Shown: positions 1 through 9,110 of the stretch, piece after piece
Position numbering within the stretch: position 1 is the stretch's first letter
How the letters are laid out: every line of letters starts with the position of its first letter
DNA from: Planctomycetia bacterium
Lineage (GTDB): Bacteria > Planctomycetota > Planctomycetia > Gemmatales > HRBIN36
Reading direction: 5' to 3'
DNA: 64,000 bases
Assembly (NCBI GenBank): GCA_016795155.1
Contig: JAEUIE010000054.1
Span: forward strand, 1,755-65,754
Translations under genes and position numbers: made by a program
Notes under the pieces: model-generated
What the model was told of the DNA's origin: nothing
The model's database searches: none
What the model saw: only the letters and a program-made list of their open reading frames with translations

Positions 1-1
1 G

Positions 2-1957
2 ACCAAGCTGGTGAAAGGCGAACTCGACTGGATCGTCATGAAGGCCCTGGAGAAGGACCGTACCCGGCGGTATGAGACGGCCAACGGGTTTGCCCGGGAT
101 ATTCAGCGATACCTGAGTGATGAAGTGGTGGAAGCCAGGCCAGCGTCGGCGGGGTATCGGCTGCGGAAGCTCATGGCTAGAAACAAAGGGAAGGTGCTGG
201 CGACATCGCTGATACTTCTGGCATTGCTGACCGGCGTCGCGGTCAGCACCTGGCAGGCAGTTCGAGCGACACGTGCCGAACATCTCGCCCTGGCTGCTGC
301 TGAGGAGGAGCGAAAGGCCAAGCAGCGTGAAGCCGAGCGGGCTGAAGGGGAGAAGCAGGCAAAGGAGGACGCGGTAGCCAAAAGGAAGGAGGCAGAGACC
401 AATCTTGCCTTCGCCAAGAAGGCAAACGACATCCTCGGCTCGGTGTTCATTGGGCTGGATCCGAAGGCGAACTACGCCACGGTGGCCGAGTTACGGGACG
501 TCCTGAAGGTAAACCTCCGGAAGGCAGTGAAGGAGTTGGAGGGCTCGGCGATCGGCGACCCGCTGGAAGTGGCCGCCATGCAGAACACCCTCGGCAAATC
601 TCTGCGTGGACTGGGGGAGGCGAAGCTCGCGATCGAGGTGCTCGAGAAAGCACGAGACACGTACAAAGCCAAGCTCGGCCCTGACCACCCTTTCACCCTC
701 ATCAGCATGAACAACCTGGCGAATGGCTACCGAGCCGCCGGGAAGATCGAACTGGCTCTACCACTCTTCGAAGAGACGCTCAAACTCACTAAGGCCAAGC
801 TCGGTGCCGAGCATCCCATTACGCTCGCGGTGATGTTCAACCTCTCCACGGCCTATTATGCAGCTGGGAAGTGGGACTTGGCACTACGGTTTTATGAGGA
901 GACACTCATTCTGCATAAAGCCAAGCTCGGCCCTGAACATCCTGAGACTCTCAAGATCATGAACAGCTTGGCAGTGTGCTATCAGGACGCCGGAAAGTTG
1001 GATCTGGCTCTGCCGCTTCTGGAAGAGACTCTGAAGCTCGGGAAAGCCAAACTTGGGCCAGACCACCCAGATACCCTCGTCAGTATGAATAACCTGGCTA
1101 ATGGCTATTATGCAGCTGGGAAGCGTGACTTGGCTCTGCCGCTTCTCGAAGAGACTCTGAAGCTCAGGAAAGCCAAACTTGGGCCAGACCACCCAGATAC
1201 GCTCTCCAGCATAAACAACCTCGCTGTGGCCTATCAGGATGCTGGGAAGCGTGACTTGGCTATACCGCTTCTCGAAGAGACTCTGAAGCTCATGAAAGCC
1301 AGACTTGGGCCAGACCACCCCGATACCCTCGTCAGTATGAATAACCTGGCTAATGGCTATATGGCACAACGAAAGCTCGATCAAGCCATCCCGCTCTTCA
1401 AGGAAACCCTCCAGTTGATGAAGGCCAAGCTTGGCGCGGAGCATCCCTCTACGTTGAATTGCATGTACAACCTCTCTGCGGCATATCAGGATGCCGGGAA
1501 ACTGGATCTGGCCCTGTTGTTGAGACGTGAGATGGTAACCATCTCTCGTAAGGTGTATCCCAAGAATAGCCCACAGCTAGGCGGGCATCTGGCCTCACTT
1601 GGCCTGATCTTGCTGGAGGCGAAGAGTTTCACTGAAGCTGAACCGCTCCTCCGCGAGTGCCTGACCATTCGGGAGAATTCTCAACCCGATGCCTGGCGAA
1701 CTTTCTACACGCAGTCGATGCTCGGCGGGGCGCTGCTCGGCCAGAAGAAATACACCGAAGCCGAGCAGCTGTTGCTTAAAGGATATGAGGGGATGAAAGC
1801 CCGCGAGAAAACCATGCAACTGCAGGACAATACTCGGCTTCCCGAAGCCCTCGACCGGCTCATCCAGCTCTACACCGAAACCAGCAAGCCCGAGGAAGTA
1901 AAGAAGTGGCAGGCGGAGAAGGAGAAGTTGCCCAAGGCTAAGGAAAAGAAACCCTGA
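2..1957 (+). CDS. Ser/Thr protein kinase, 5'-truncated by the window edge, with a TM segment and a C-terminal TPR array
   Basis: The frame is open from position 2. TKLVKGELDWIVMKALEKDRTRRYETANGFARDIQRYL matches the end of a Hanks-type kinase domain. It is followed by the hydrophobic helix VLATSLILLALLTGVAVSTW, a Lys/Glu-rich stretch, and about 10 TPR units of 42 aa (KAKLGPDHPDTL..MNNLA..Y..AGK.DLALPLLEETLKL). Confidence 0.85.
   Translation, partial: TKLVKGELDWIVMKALEKDRTRRYETANGFARDIQRYLSDEVVEARPASAGYRLRKLMARNKGKVLATSLILLALLTGVAVSTWQAVRATRAEHLALAAAEEERKAKQREAERAEGEKQAKEDAVAKRKEAETNLAFAKKANDILGSVFIGLDPKANYATVAELRDVLKVNLRKAVKELEGSAIGDPLEVAAMQNTLGKSLRGLGEAKLAIEVLEKARDTYKAKLGPDHPFTLISMNNLANGYRAAGKIELALPLFEETLKLTKAKLGAEHPITLAVMFNLSTAYYAAGKWDLALRFYEETLILHKAKLGPEHPETLKIMNSLAVCYQDAGKLDLALPLLEETLKLGKAKLGPDHPDTLVSMNNLANGYYAAGKRDLALPLLEETLKLRKAKLGPDHPDTLSSINNLAVAYQDAGKRDLAIPLLEETLKLMKARLGPDHPDTLVSMNNLANGYMAQRKLDQAIPLFKETLQLMKAKLGAEHPSTLNCMYNLSAAYQDAGKLDLALLLRREMVTISRKVYPKNSPQLGGHLASLGLILLEAKSFTEAEPLLRECLTIRENSQPDAWRTFYTQSMLGGALLGQKKYTEAEQLLLKGYEGMKAREKTMQLQDNTRLPEALDRLIQLYTETSKPEEVKKWQAEKEKLPKAKEKKP
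640..1520 (+). repeat. Tandem 126-bp coding repeats (TPR units) inside the kinase gene
   Basis: Successive 126-bp units are near-identical at the nucleotide level. For example, ctgccgcttctcgaagagactctgaagctc...aaacttgggccagaccacccagatac recurs around 1010, 1136 and 1262. Confidence 0.8.
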
Positions 1958-2247
1958 TACTGATATGCAACGATGATCTGAGACCGCACGAATCAAAAGA
2001 GTACGGCTCTTGTGCCGTGTTCCGTATGATCTTAGCCAATGGACCCAGCGACCTTTTGTTCGATCGTAGTGCATTCTGACATTTGCCTGCAGCGAACGAT
2101 CCAGATGCGTGATGGATCATTGAGTTCGATCTGACTTGAGATGCATGCCTCGGTTAACTTCGAGAAAAAACAGACTGAGTAGATTGGCATAGCTGTCATT
2201 CGCGAGTACCATCGGTGAATCTCGATCTCCCTGTTTGGTATCCTCGA

Positions 2248-2901
2248 ATGGAAGACAACTCGACTGTCATTCAAGGCTGGCTCATACGTCTCAATGAAGG
2301 GGAGCCTCAGGCTCGCGAGGAGTTGCTGGCCAGGACACAGCAACGTCTGGAACGGATGGCTCGCAAGATGCTACATGGTGGCTTCGTGCGACTGAGTAGC
2401 GACGAAGAGACCATGGATGTTGTGCAGGATGTCAATATTCGGCTCTTGAAAAGCTGGGACAAACTGACCAAGAACGAAGACGGGAAAACGCTCGGATCGG
2501 CGGCGGAGTATTTCATGAGGACAGCCCGGCTACTGCGTGAGGTTCTCATTGACCTGTCCCGCAAGCATCATGGTCGTGGCACCAGGAAGCCCGGCACGGT
2601 TCCCTTACAAGGAGGCGATTCCCAAGATAGTATGGGTGGCTATCAGCATGATCCTGGAACCGAAACTCTTGGTCCTTCATCGCTATCCATGTGGACCGAG
2701 TTTCATCATGTTGTCGAACAGTTGCCTGAAGAGATTCGTCAGGTCGTCGATTTGCACTGGTATCAGGATCTGACGTATGAGGAGTCAGCACAGTTACTGG
2801 GGATTGGCGAATCAACCGTTCGGAAACGCTGGGTGGCTGCACGGCTGGAATTACAAAAGCGATTTGAGAAAAGCCCCTTCGATTGGAAACAATTAGTTTA
2901 A
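2248..2901 (+). CDS. ECF-type RNA polymerase sigma factor (planctomycete Sigma70_ECF-like)
   Basis: The ORF is 2215..2901 and the first ATG is at 2248. The C-terminus WYQDLTYEESAQLLGIGESTVRKRWVAARLELQKRF is a sigma region-4 HTH. It sits next to a Ser/Thr kinase gene, as is typical for kinase-associated ECF sigmas. Confidence 0.75.
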   Translation: MEDNSTVIQGWLIRLNEGEPQAREELLARTQQRLERMARKMLHGGFVRLSSDEETMDVVQDVNIRLLKSWDKLTKNEDGKTLGSAAEYFMRTARLLREVLIDLSRKHHGRGTRKPGTVPLQGGDSQDSMGGYQHDPGTETLGPSSLSMWTEFHHVVEQLPEEIRQVVDLHWYQDLTYEESAQLLGIGESTVRKRWVAARLELQKRFEKSPFDWKQLV

Positions 2902-2950
2902 GAAAGCTGATTCATGCCCAACACAGTATCGTCTCGCATCATTTCGCTTC

Positions 2951-3142
2951 TTGCTTATTGAGAAGAATGTAGCGCCGCTGGTGGGTGAAGACGGCATGAG
3001 CAGCGAAACCAACAAGCCCGACAAAGTGAAGAAGTGGCAGGCGGACCGTGTAGCATTGAAGCCGATATCAGCTGAATCAGAACCTCGGAAATCATCAGCA
3101 CAACTCGCCCGGATTTCCTTGCCATTGAGAAGTGTTACGTGA
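2951..3142 (+). pseudogene. Remnant of the 3' end of a second kinase/TPR paralogue
   Basis: 3002..3046 (gcgaaaccaacaagcccgacaaagtgaagaagtggcaggcgga) aligns with about 85% identity to the last codons of the kinase gene at about 1876..1920 (SKPEEVKKWQAE vs NKPDKVKKWQAD). No kinase or TPR body precedes it. Confidence 0.55.
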
Positions 3143-3221
3143 TTTTTTGAACCTGTACACTTGTATCATTTCTGAATGCATGGTATGTTATGTACAGATA
3201 TAGTGTACAAAGGTATCTACC

Positions 3222-3491
3222 ATGCTCCAAACGACGAATTCCCGGCTGTGTGGTCATTGTGGGACAGCCCAAATCGTACGGCCTCGCGGCCTGTGTTCCC
3301 GCTGTTACGATGCTCCTTCGGTGCGCATGCTGTATCCGGCACGTACCACGAATCGCCCGGATGCGAGCACTCGCGATCGGCGACTGCCTCGCGTTCCCAC
3401 CTCGGCCCTCCCCGGCACACCAGCCAAGCTCATGGTCTTTCAGAGACGGCTCAGGCAGCGAGTTCAACTTTTTCATCCTCTTGATGCGTGA
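3222..3491 (+). CDS. Small zinc-ribbon protein (hypothetical)
   Basis: The N-terminus carries CGHCG...RGLCSRCY (CxxC-X11-CxxC). The stop lies 8 nt before the ParB-like gene, whose RBS (gaggtg) follows directly. Several alternative ORFs overlap this GC-rich stretch, so the call is tentative. Confidence 0.4.
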   Translation: MLQTTNSRLCGHCGTAQIVRPRGLCSRCYDAPSVRMLYPARTTNRPDASTRDRRLPRVPTSALPGTPAKLMVFQRRLRQRVQLFHPLDA

Positions 3492-3499
3492 GGTGAATC

Positions 3500-4060
3500 A
3501 TGCAGGTTATTTCCAAACCCATCAGTGAACTGCACCCTGCCCCGTACAACCCGAGGCAACAGCTCGAAAAACTTGATCCCCGCTATCGCAAACTGCGGCG
3601 CAGCATCCAGCGGTTCGGGCTGGTCGAGCCGTTGGTCTGGAATCAGCAGACCGGCCATATCGTAGGCGGGCATCAGCGGTTGCAGATTCTGCAGGAACTG
3701 CATCACCAGCAGACGTTTGTCTCCGTGGTCGATTTTCCTCTCGACCAGGAGAAGGCTCTCAACGTGGTGCTCAACAATCGACAAGCGCAAGGCGACTGGG
3801 ATTTGCCCAGGCTGACCAGTCTGCTCGAGGAACTGAATGAGTTGCCCGAATCGCAACTGGCTGCGACGGGATTTGATCCAGGGCATCTGCGGACGCTGCA
3901 ATCTCAACTCACCCCCAGCGAAGAGCTGATAGAGGAGGAGAACATCACGCGGTTCGAGATTACGCTTTGCATTCCGAAAGAACAATTACAGGCGATCCGG
4001 CCTGAATTGGATGTGCTGATTGAGAAATATCAACTGGAGGTGCATGTGAAGGAGCGGTAA
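3500..4060 (+). CDS. ParB/sulfiredoxin-like nuclease domain protein
   Basis: The N-terminus ISELHPAPYNPR...RSIQRFGLVEPLVWNQQTGHIVGGHQRLQIL matches the ParB N-terminal (ParBc) motif pattern. An RBS lies upstream. Confidence 0.7.
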   Translation: MQVISKPISELHPAPYNPRQQLEKLDPRYRKLRRSIQRFGLVEPLVWNQQTGHIVGGHQRLQILQELHHQQTFVSVVDFPLDQEKALNVVLNNRQAQGDWDLPRLTSLLEELNELPESQLAATGFDPGHLRTLQSQLTPSEELIEEENITRFEITLCIPKEQLQAIRPELDVLIEKYQLEVHVKER

Positions 4061-4071
4061 GCCAACCGACC

Positions 4072-4105
4072 GGCAGGGGGAAATGGAGTACCATTTGCCC
4101 CTGCC
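4072..4105. terminator. Stem-loop between convergent genes (candidate bidirectional terminator)
   Basis: ggcagggggaaatgg-agta-ccatttgcccctgcc forms 14 of 15 paired positions. It lies between the stops at 4060 (+) and 4125 (-). There is no clear U-tract. Confidence 0.45.
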
Positions 4106-4124
4106 ACGCAGCGCACCGAAAGGC

Positions 4125-4607
4125 TTATCGCTTCCGTTCCCAGCGACTTACCAGGCCATCTTCGGGGTCCATGACTTCGCCGATGAACTGGAAGCCGCAT
4201 TTTTCGAGGATGCGTTTTGAAGCTCCATTGCCCGACTTGGTGTGGGCGCAGACGAGTTTCACCTGCTCGTTTTCCAATGCATACTGCGTCATGGCGATGG
4301 CAGCTTCGGTGGCGTAGCCCAGGCGTCGATGAGCTGGATCGATGCCGTAGGCTAGTTCAACCATGCCATTTTCATCGGGTGGGCCTTTGAAACCACCGCT
4401 GCCTACAGGCAAACCGCTGGCGCGATCAATCAGATTAAACCCCAACATCCACGGGTCAGGCTCTGTCAGTGCACGCAACTTTTCCAGCCAGACTGGCGAT
4501 ACTTCCGCCCGGTCTTCCGGAGGCATGGCTTCCATGCGTGCCAGTACTGCTTCCGGCCCTTCCAATACCAGATCCAGCCTCTGGGTACGCATAATGATTT
4601 CGCTCAT
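4125..4607 (-). CDS. GNAT family N-acetyltransferase (RimJ/RimL-like)
   Basis: 160 aa. The acetyl-CoA-binding region RRLGYATEAAIAMTQYAL and the C-terminal ASKRILEKCGFQFIGE are typical of the Acetyltransf_3 type. Confidence 0.75.
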   Translation of the reverse strand: MSEIIMRTQRLDLVLEGPEAVLARMEAMPPEDRAEVSPVWLEKLRALTEPDPWMLGFNLIDRASGLPVGSGGFKGPPDENGMVELAYGIDPAHRRLGYATEAAIAMTQYALENEQVKLVCAHTKSGNGASKRILEKCGFQFIGEVMDPEDGLVSRWERKR

Positions 4608-4896
4608 GATCTACCTCATTATTGGTATCTGCCGCTTGAGACCATTCTGAACAGGAATGGGTTCACGGTGATGAATCCGATCATTGACACCATGCAAGAC
4701 ACTGCCATCGCAAATCTGAGCTGTTCGGCCGGGCACAGCCAACATCAAGTCGAGGGCTGCTGCGAGCACATTCACGTCATAGACATGTGGAATAAATGAC
4801 GACCAGCCGGGGAATATTGAACGAAAGTTGATCATCAAGCCCTTCGATATTGCTGATTTGAACAGCCTTCCTGCAAATTCGTTGCCCACCTATGGG

Positions 4897-5844
4897 ATGA
4901 TGGGTAAAATTAAAGATAACATTGACAGCGTGGCTGTCGGGTATGAGCTATCCTTTGGAATTATTCACGCTGTTCTGCTTAGGCACAGGGGATTGATTCC
5001 CATGGATTGCTCCAGACATCCTGTTGCACCGCCTAAGATCGTTGCCGTCGCTACCGATAAGTATCTGACGCCGACGCACGCCTCGCAAGACAAGTATCTG
5101 CCCGGACCAGCACCGAAGTATGGCCAGGATTTCACCTATTCCGTAGGCCGTCGTGCTCCCAATGGACAGAGTGTGGGAACGACCGAAGCAGAGCTCAAAC
5201 CGCAGATGGAATTCCTGCTGCGGGCCTTTGCCAAGAATGACAAGAGTGGCATGGCCAGGCGGTTGTTCGATGCCTTTCTCGCCAAGCAGAAAACGATTTA
5301 TTACTTCGATGATGCCGATTTGAACAAAGCTGCGGCGAATCATGGAAACATCAACTATTTCATGAATGCTGCTCTAGGTGCCCCTTATCCGTGGGGCACG
5401 CCACCAGCTGCGGGTAAAACCCGCATTCATCAGGCACTGAAAGCTGCAGGCTGGGATATCAACAAGCTGGTAGCACCAACTGATCTGGGCGTTCCTGCCT
5501 TCAACGATGGCAGCAAGGCCTTCAGCACGGGCGACTTCGGCAACGGCCTGGGAGTGATGATCAACGGCGTGCAACATGCCTATGCGGTTGCCACCCATTA
5601 CCGGTATGAGCCGGGCATGCGCATGTACTGCATCCGTCTGAAATTCCTGTTCTACGATGTCTTTGGTCTGGATGACGATGATCTGCGTGAATACGGCGCG
5701 CAGGAAGGCGGCGGAGAACTATCGTTTTCAAGGCAGGCCCAGGGCATCACCGCCTGGTGGCAACTCCAGCACCAGTTTGGCTACCCACCATTGGTAACAC
5801 GCATTGCGATCGATAGGCAATTCACCGTTCCGACTTATGTGTAG
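4897..5844 (+). CDS. Hypothetical protein (possibly DUF3289-like)
   Basis: The ORF is 4828..5844 with a TTG at 4828 and the first ATG at 4897. The C-terminal region FLFYDVFGLDDDDLREYG...GITAWWQLQHQFGYPPL resembles the DUF3289 family as I remember it. This is unverified. Confidence 0.5.
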   Translation: MMGKIKDNIDSVAVGYELSFGIIHAVLLRHRGLIPMDCSRHPVAPPKIVAVATDKYLTPTHASQDKYLPGPAPKYGQDFTYSVGRRAPNGQSVGTTEAELKPQMEFLLRAFAKNDKSGMARRLFDAFLAKQKTIYYFDDADLNKAAANHGNINYFMNAALGAPYPWGTPPAAGKTRIHQALKAAGWDINKLVAPTDLGVPAFNDGSKAFSTGDFGNGLGVMINGVQHAYAVATHYRYEPGMRMYCIRLKFLFYDVFGLDDDDLREYGAQEGGGELSFSRQAQGITAWWQLQHQFGYPPLVTRIAIDRQFTVPTYV

Positions 5845-6071
5845 TTTTGCTTTCAAATCTCATTGCTGATTTCAATAAATATACTTCGGATACCTACCAA
5901 CCGAACCATTCCCTAATTCATTGCTCATTCAGTGGTTTCGAATACGATTCCCGTCTGATTGCAATCTTTTCAGAATTAGTGGCTTATTTTCAGGATTAGT
6001 GTGCTTAGAGCCAATGTCGAGCAAATTGCTTGATGTCTGGAATTACACTTTATCAGCAAAAGAGACCTGAC

Positions 6072-7265
6072 ATGTTTCGGAAGATCCTGAAGAACCTGAA
6101 GCGCGGCAATCCGACAAGCTCAAAGCCAAAGTTATCTCTTGGAGTTGAGTCCCTGGAAAATCGGTGGGTACCTGCCACGATTTCACTGAGTAGTGGAGTC
6201 ATCGCGGTAAACGGCTCGCAACTGAACGATGTCTGCCGGGTGGAAATGGAACTGAACAACCCGAATACGTCACTGGACGACCGCGTTAGAGTATCCATTT
6301 CCAATCCTAATGGTTCCACAACCGTCTGGTACGATCAGTACAAGCTAGGGCAATTGCCTGTTTCCAAGGTAGTTTTCAATGGCTTTGCTGGCGATGACCA
6401 GTTCTACAACATGACCGCGCTAAAAAGTGTTGTACATGGCCATGCCGGTAACGACATTCTTGTAGGTGGTTCCAACAGCGACATACTGTATGGCGATGGT
6501 GGCAATGACCTTCTTTATGGCAACGGAGGAAACGACACGTTATATGGAGATACCAGTCTGCCTCCCTATATTGCAGCTTTGAATATCGCCTTGTACGGAC
6601 CCGATGGTGATGATTACCTGGAAGGTGGTGATGGCACCGACAAGATGTACGGCGAAGCGGGCAATGATTTTCTCTGGGGAGGTAACGGCGGGGATTTTGC
6701 CTATGGCGGTGCAGGCAATGACACCCTATTTGGCAACGAGGACAATGATTATCTCATGGGAGATAACGGCAACGACTATCTATCGGGAGATGCAGGCATG
6801 GATTTCCTCTACGGTGGAACCGGCATGGATCAGTTGAACGGGGGAGAAGCTGCTGATCATTTGTATGGGGGTGCAGATAACGATACGTTGTACGGAGATG
6901 GCGGGAATGATTATCTGTATGGCGAAGCAGGCCGGGACACCCTGCTAGGTGGCGATGGTAACGATGTGCTATACGGCGGGGATGGCGACGATAAACTGCA
7001 TGGCGGACTGGGTGACGATGTTCTCTACGGACAGAAAGGCAATGACACCCTGTATGGCGATGCGGGAGCAGACAAGCTCTCCGGCGGTGAAGACAATGAT
7101 TACCTGAATGGTGGTACCCAGAACCAGAGCGTCAGTGATGGATCGCTGGACATTCTCAAGGGTGGATCCGGAGTTGATTATTTCCGGTTTGAGGAGATTG
7201 GCACCCTGATTCAGCTCGAGCTGGCCATGTCGGATTTCGTGAATGGCGTTGATCACAAACCATAA
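6072..7265 (+). CDS. Secreted RTX-type calcium-binding repeat protein
   Basis: More than 20 hemolysin-type nonapeptide repeats (GGxGNDxLyG) lie between about 6440 and 7150. The N-terminus [12 protein letters not shown]...[15 protein letters not shown] is a leader common in planctomycete secreted proteins. Confidence 0.85.
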   Translation: MFRKILKNLKRGNPTSSKPKLSLGVESLENRWVPATISLSSGVIAVNGSQLNDVCRVEMELNNPNTSLDDRVRVSISNPNGSTTVWYDQYKLGQLPVSKVVFNGFAGDDQFYNMTALKSVVHGHAGNDILVGGSNSDILYGDGGNDLLYGNGGNDTLYGDTSLPPYIAALNIALYGPDGDDYLEGGDGTDKMYGEAGNDFLWGGNGGDFAYGGAGNDTLFGNEDNDYLMGDNGNDYLSGDAGMDFLYGGTGMDQLNGGEAADHLYGGADNDTLYGDGGNDYLYGEAGRDTLLGGDGNDVLYGGDGDDKLHGGLGDDVLYGQKGNDTLYGDAGADKLSGGEDNDYLNGGTQNQSVSDGSLDILKGGSGVDYFRFEEIGTLIQLELAMSDFVNGVDHKP

Positions 7266-7389
7266 GAATGCTCATCACCAATTCTTTCTTGCAGTCCTCG
7301 ATCCTTTCGGTCGGGGACTGATTGTTTTTAACCTGTCACGTGGGCTGTTTCCTGCTATGTTCAGAGATAAATCGCAGGCAGAAGGAACC

Positions 7390-7884
7390 ATGATCATGAC
7401 CCGTCGTGAAGCAATGCTGGCGTCTACTGGATTATTATCAGGTAACGAAGCGGCACATGGTGCGAACTGGGTTTCGGAATCCATGATGGAACTGGGCAAG
7501 GCCCATCTGCGAATTGCCCGGCCTACCGATCAACTGGCAGAAGTGGTCAAGTTTTATCGTGATGGCCTGGGGTTCACGATGCTCTACGAATTCACCGATC
7601 ATGACGGATTCGATGGCGTAATGTTGGGACATCGCGGCGCTGCGTATCATCTGGAATTTACTCACAAGAAAGGGCATCGTGCAGGCCGGGCACCCAGCGA
7701 GGACAACCTGCTGGTATTCTATCTGCCTGATGCAGAGCTTTGGAAGAAAGCCGTTGCTCGATTGCAGGCAGGGGGGCATCTACCGGTCAAGGCATTCAAT
7801 CCCTATTGGGACAGGAAGGGAAAGACCTTCGAAGACCCGGATGGCTATCGCATCGTGCTGCAGAATACTTCGTGGTCTGTATAG
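7390..7884 (+). CDS. VOC (glyoxalase/bleomycin-resistance fold) family protein with a Tat-like signal
   Basis: MIMTRREAMLASTGLLSG is an RR-type leader. LRIARPTDQLAEVVKFYRDGLGFTMLYEFTDHDGFDGVMLG is a VOC beta-alpha-beta motif. Confidence 0.65.
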   Translation: MIMTRREAMLASTGLLSGNEAAHGANWVSESMMELGKAHLRIARPTDQLAEVVKFYRDGLGFTMLYEFTDHDGFDGVMLGHRGAAYHLEFTHKKGHRAGRAPSEDNLLVFYLPDAELWKKAVARLQAGGHLPVKAFNPYWDRKGKTFEDPDGYRIVLQNTSWSV

Positions 7885-7887
7885 CTA

Positions 7888-8850
7888 TCATGCCCCCATC
7901 AACTGTTCGAGCCTGGCCCGGGCAGCGGGTGGTTCTTCGAGTACAGCAAGGATGATGAATTCGAGTGTGCGGGCTGGCAGGCGTGCCAGGTGCATCAGCA
8001 GATCAGCATAACGGACACCTTCCGGTGCCACCGCAAACAGCTTTCGCCAGAGTTCACCACCACTTTGCAACATCCAGGGTTCATATTCGAGTCGGTCAGT
8101 CTGCTCCATCACATGCTGATACGTTTCATCATCCAGAGTATTCAGCCCGTGCAGGCAGATGAGTTCCGCAGTGCCTTTGACCAGTTCCTTGGCGAGGTAG
8201 AAGAAATTGACCGCACGAGCCACCACCTGCAGCGATCCATTCTGATGCAGCACGCCGCCGTAACCCACAGCACCGGCACGCAGTACCCAGCGGGTGAAGG
8301 AATTGGTCTTGCTCAGTTTGCCGAAGGCAACCTTCGTGGTCAGGGTGGCATCGAGCCTGTCCTGAGGAATGTCCCAGACCTGTGATGCAACCTGCCTGGC
8401 CAATTGTGTCAGTTCCTGCTGGCATTTTTCTTCGATCATGGTGATGCGGACAAAAATCTGGATGGTTTTGAATCCGAAGAAAATGGGCCATCGTGGAACG
8501 CCTTTTTCTTTACTTCTCGCCAGAGCCCGCTGTCTGCCTTCCTCAGCAAGCATGCCGCCGTGCTTTGAGAGTATGGGATGATCATAAAACGGATGGTTTG
8601 TCTTCGTTGCTGCCCGCTTCCAGAAGCGGGGTGGCCAGCCCAGCAAGAGTGAAGCCTCCGTACACCAGTATTGCAGATGATTGACCAGGGCCAATTGATC
8701 ATAGAGCAGCAACAGTTTGGGACTGAGTGTGTTGAGTTCATCTCTGACCAGGTGATGCATGGTCAGGCCAGCATGCTCGGATGCACCCTGGATAAGCCAG
8801 TTAAGGGTAAGTCTTTTGTTGACTTCCTCGCGCAGCATTTCCTCGATCAC
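7888..8850 (-). CDS. Hypothetical protein (320 aa)
   Basis: A long ORF with no family I recognise. Its GTG start overlaps the TGA stop of the upstream small ORF (GTGA), which suggests translational coupling. Confidence 0.5.
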   Translation of the reverse strand: MIEEMLREEVNKRLTLNWLIQGASEHAGLTMHHLVRDELNTLSPKLLLLYDQLALVNHLQYWCTEASLLLGWPPRFWKRAATKTNHPFYDHPILSKHGGMLAEEGRQRALARSKEKGVPRWPIFFGFKTIQIFVRITMIEEKCQQELTQLARQVASQVWDIPQDRLDATLTTKVAFGKLSKTNSFTRWVLRAGAVGYGGVLHQNGSLQVVARAVNFFYLAKELVKGTAELICLHGLNTLDDETYQHVMEQTDRLEYEPWMLQSGGELWRKLFAVAPEGVRYADLLMHLARLPARTLEFIILAVLEEPPAARARLEQLMGA

Positions 8851-9038
8851 GGGTGAACCTGCGCTTTGGGCTCTGGTGTCGGCCGGGCTTCAGGCCAATC
8901 AGGATTGAAGGGATCGAGATCGGGACGAGGTTTGGGAGGTGCAACCGGTTCCGGCGCAGGTTTCTCGCGAGGCTTCACCGGCGGCGGCAGGGGTTCCGTA
9001 GTTGGCATACCTGTTACCAGGCAGAGGTGCTTGAACAA
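8847..9038 (-). CDS. Small proline-rich protein (hypothetical)
   Basis: 63 aa containing PPPVKPREKPAPEPVAPPKPRPDLDP. The stop overlaps the start of the 320-aa ORF. The composition is low-complexity, so the coding status is uncertain. Confidence 0.3.
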   Translation of the reverse strand: MFKHLCLVTGMPTTEPLPPPVKPREKPAPEPVAPPKPRPDLDPFNPDWPEARPTPEPKAQVHP

Positions 9039-9110
9039 TATCGATTATTGCATGCCGATGCATCGCGGTCAATGTGGCGGTCGATGTGAAATCGAGTGTC
9101 AATTGCTAAG

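Noticed and set aside
4611-4889. A 92-aa minus-strand ORF immediately upstream of the GNAT gene.
   Set aside because: I recognise no motif and see no clear RBS. Its start would lie only 8 nt from the divergent 4897 start, leaving no room for promoters. It may be real, but I cannot support it.
6440-7150. Highly periodic short repeats that could be mistaken for a repeat array or CRISPR.
   Set aside because: The period is 27 nt with no spacer structure, and the repeats are translated as GGxGxDxxx nonapeptides within one long ORF. This is an RTX coding repeat. No CRISPR-like repeat-spacer array was seen anywhere in the window.
7888-8850. The N-terminal string NWLIQGASEHAGL resembles the family A DNA polymerase motif (N.PIQG.AAD).
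   Set aside because: The motif is isolated. No motif A, B or C (DxSQIELR, RRxAKxxNFG, HDE) and no polymerase-sized context is present, so I treat it as a chance resemblance.
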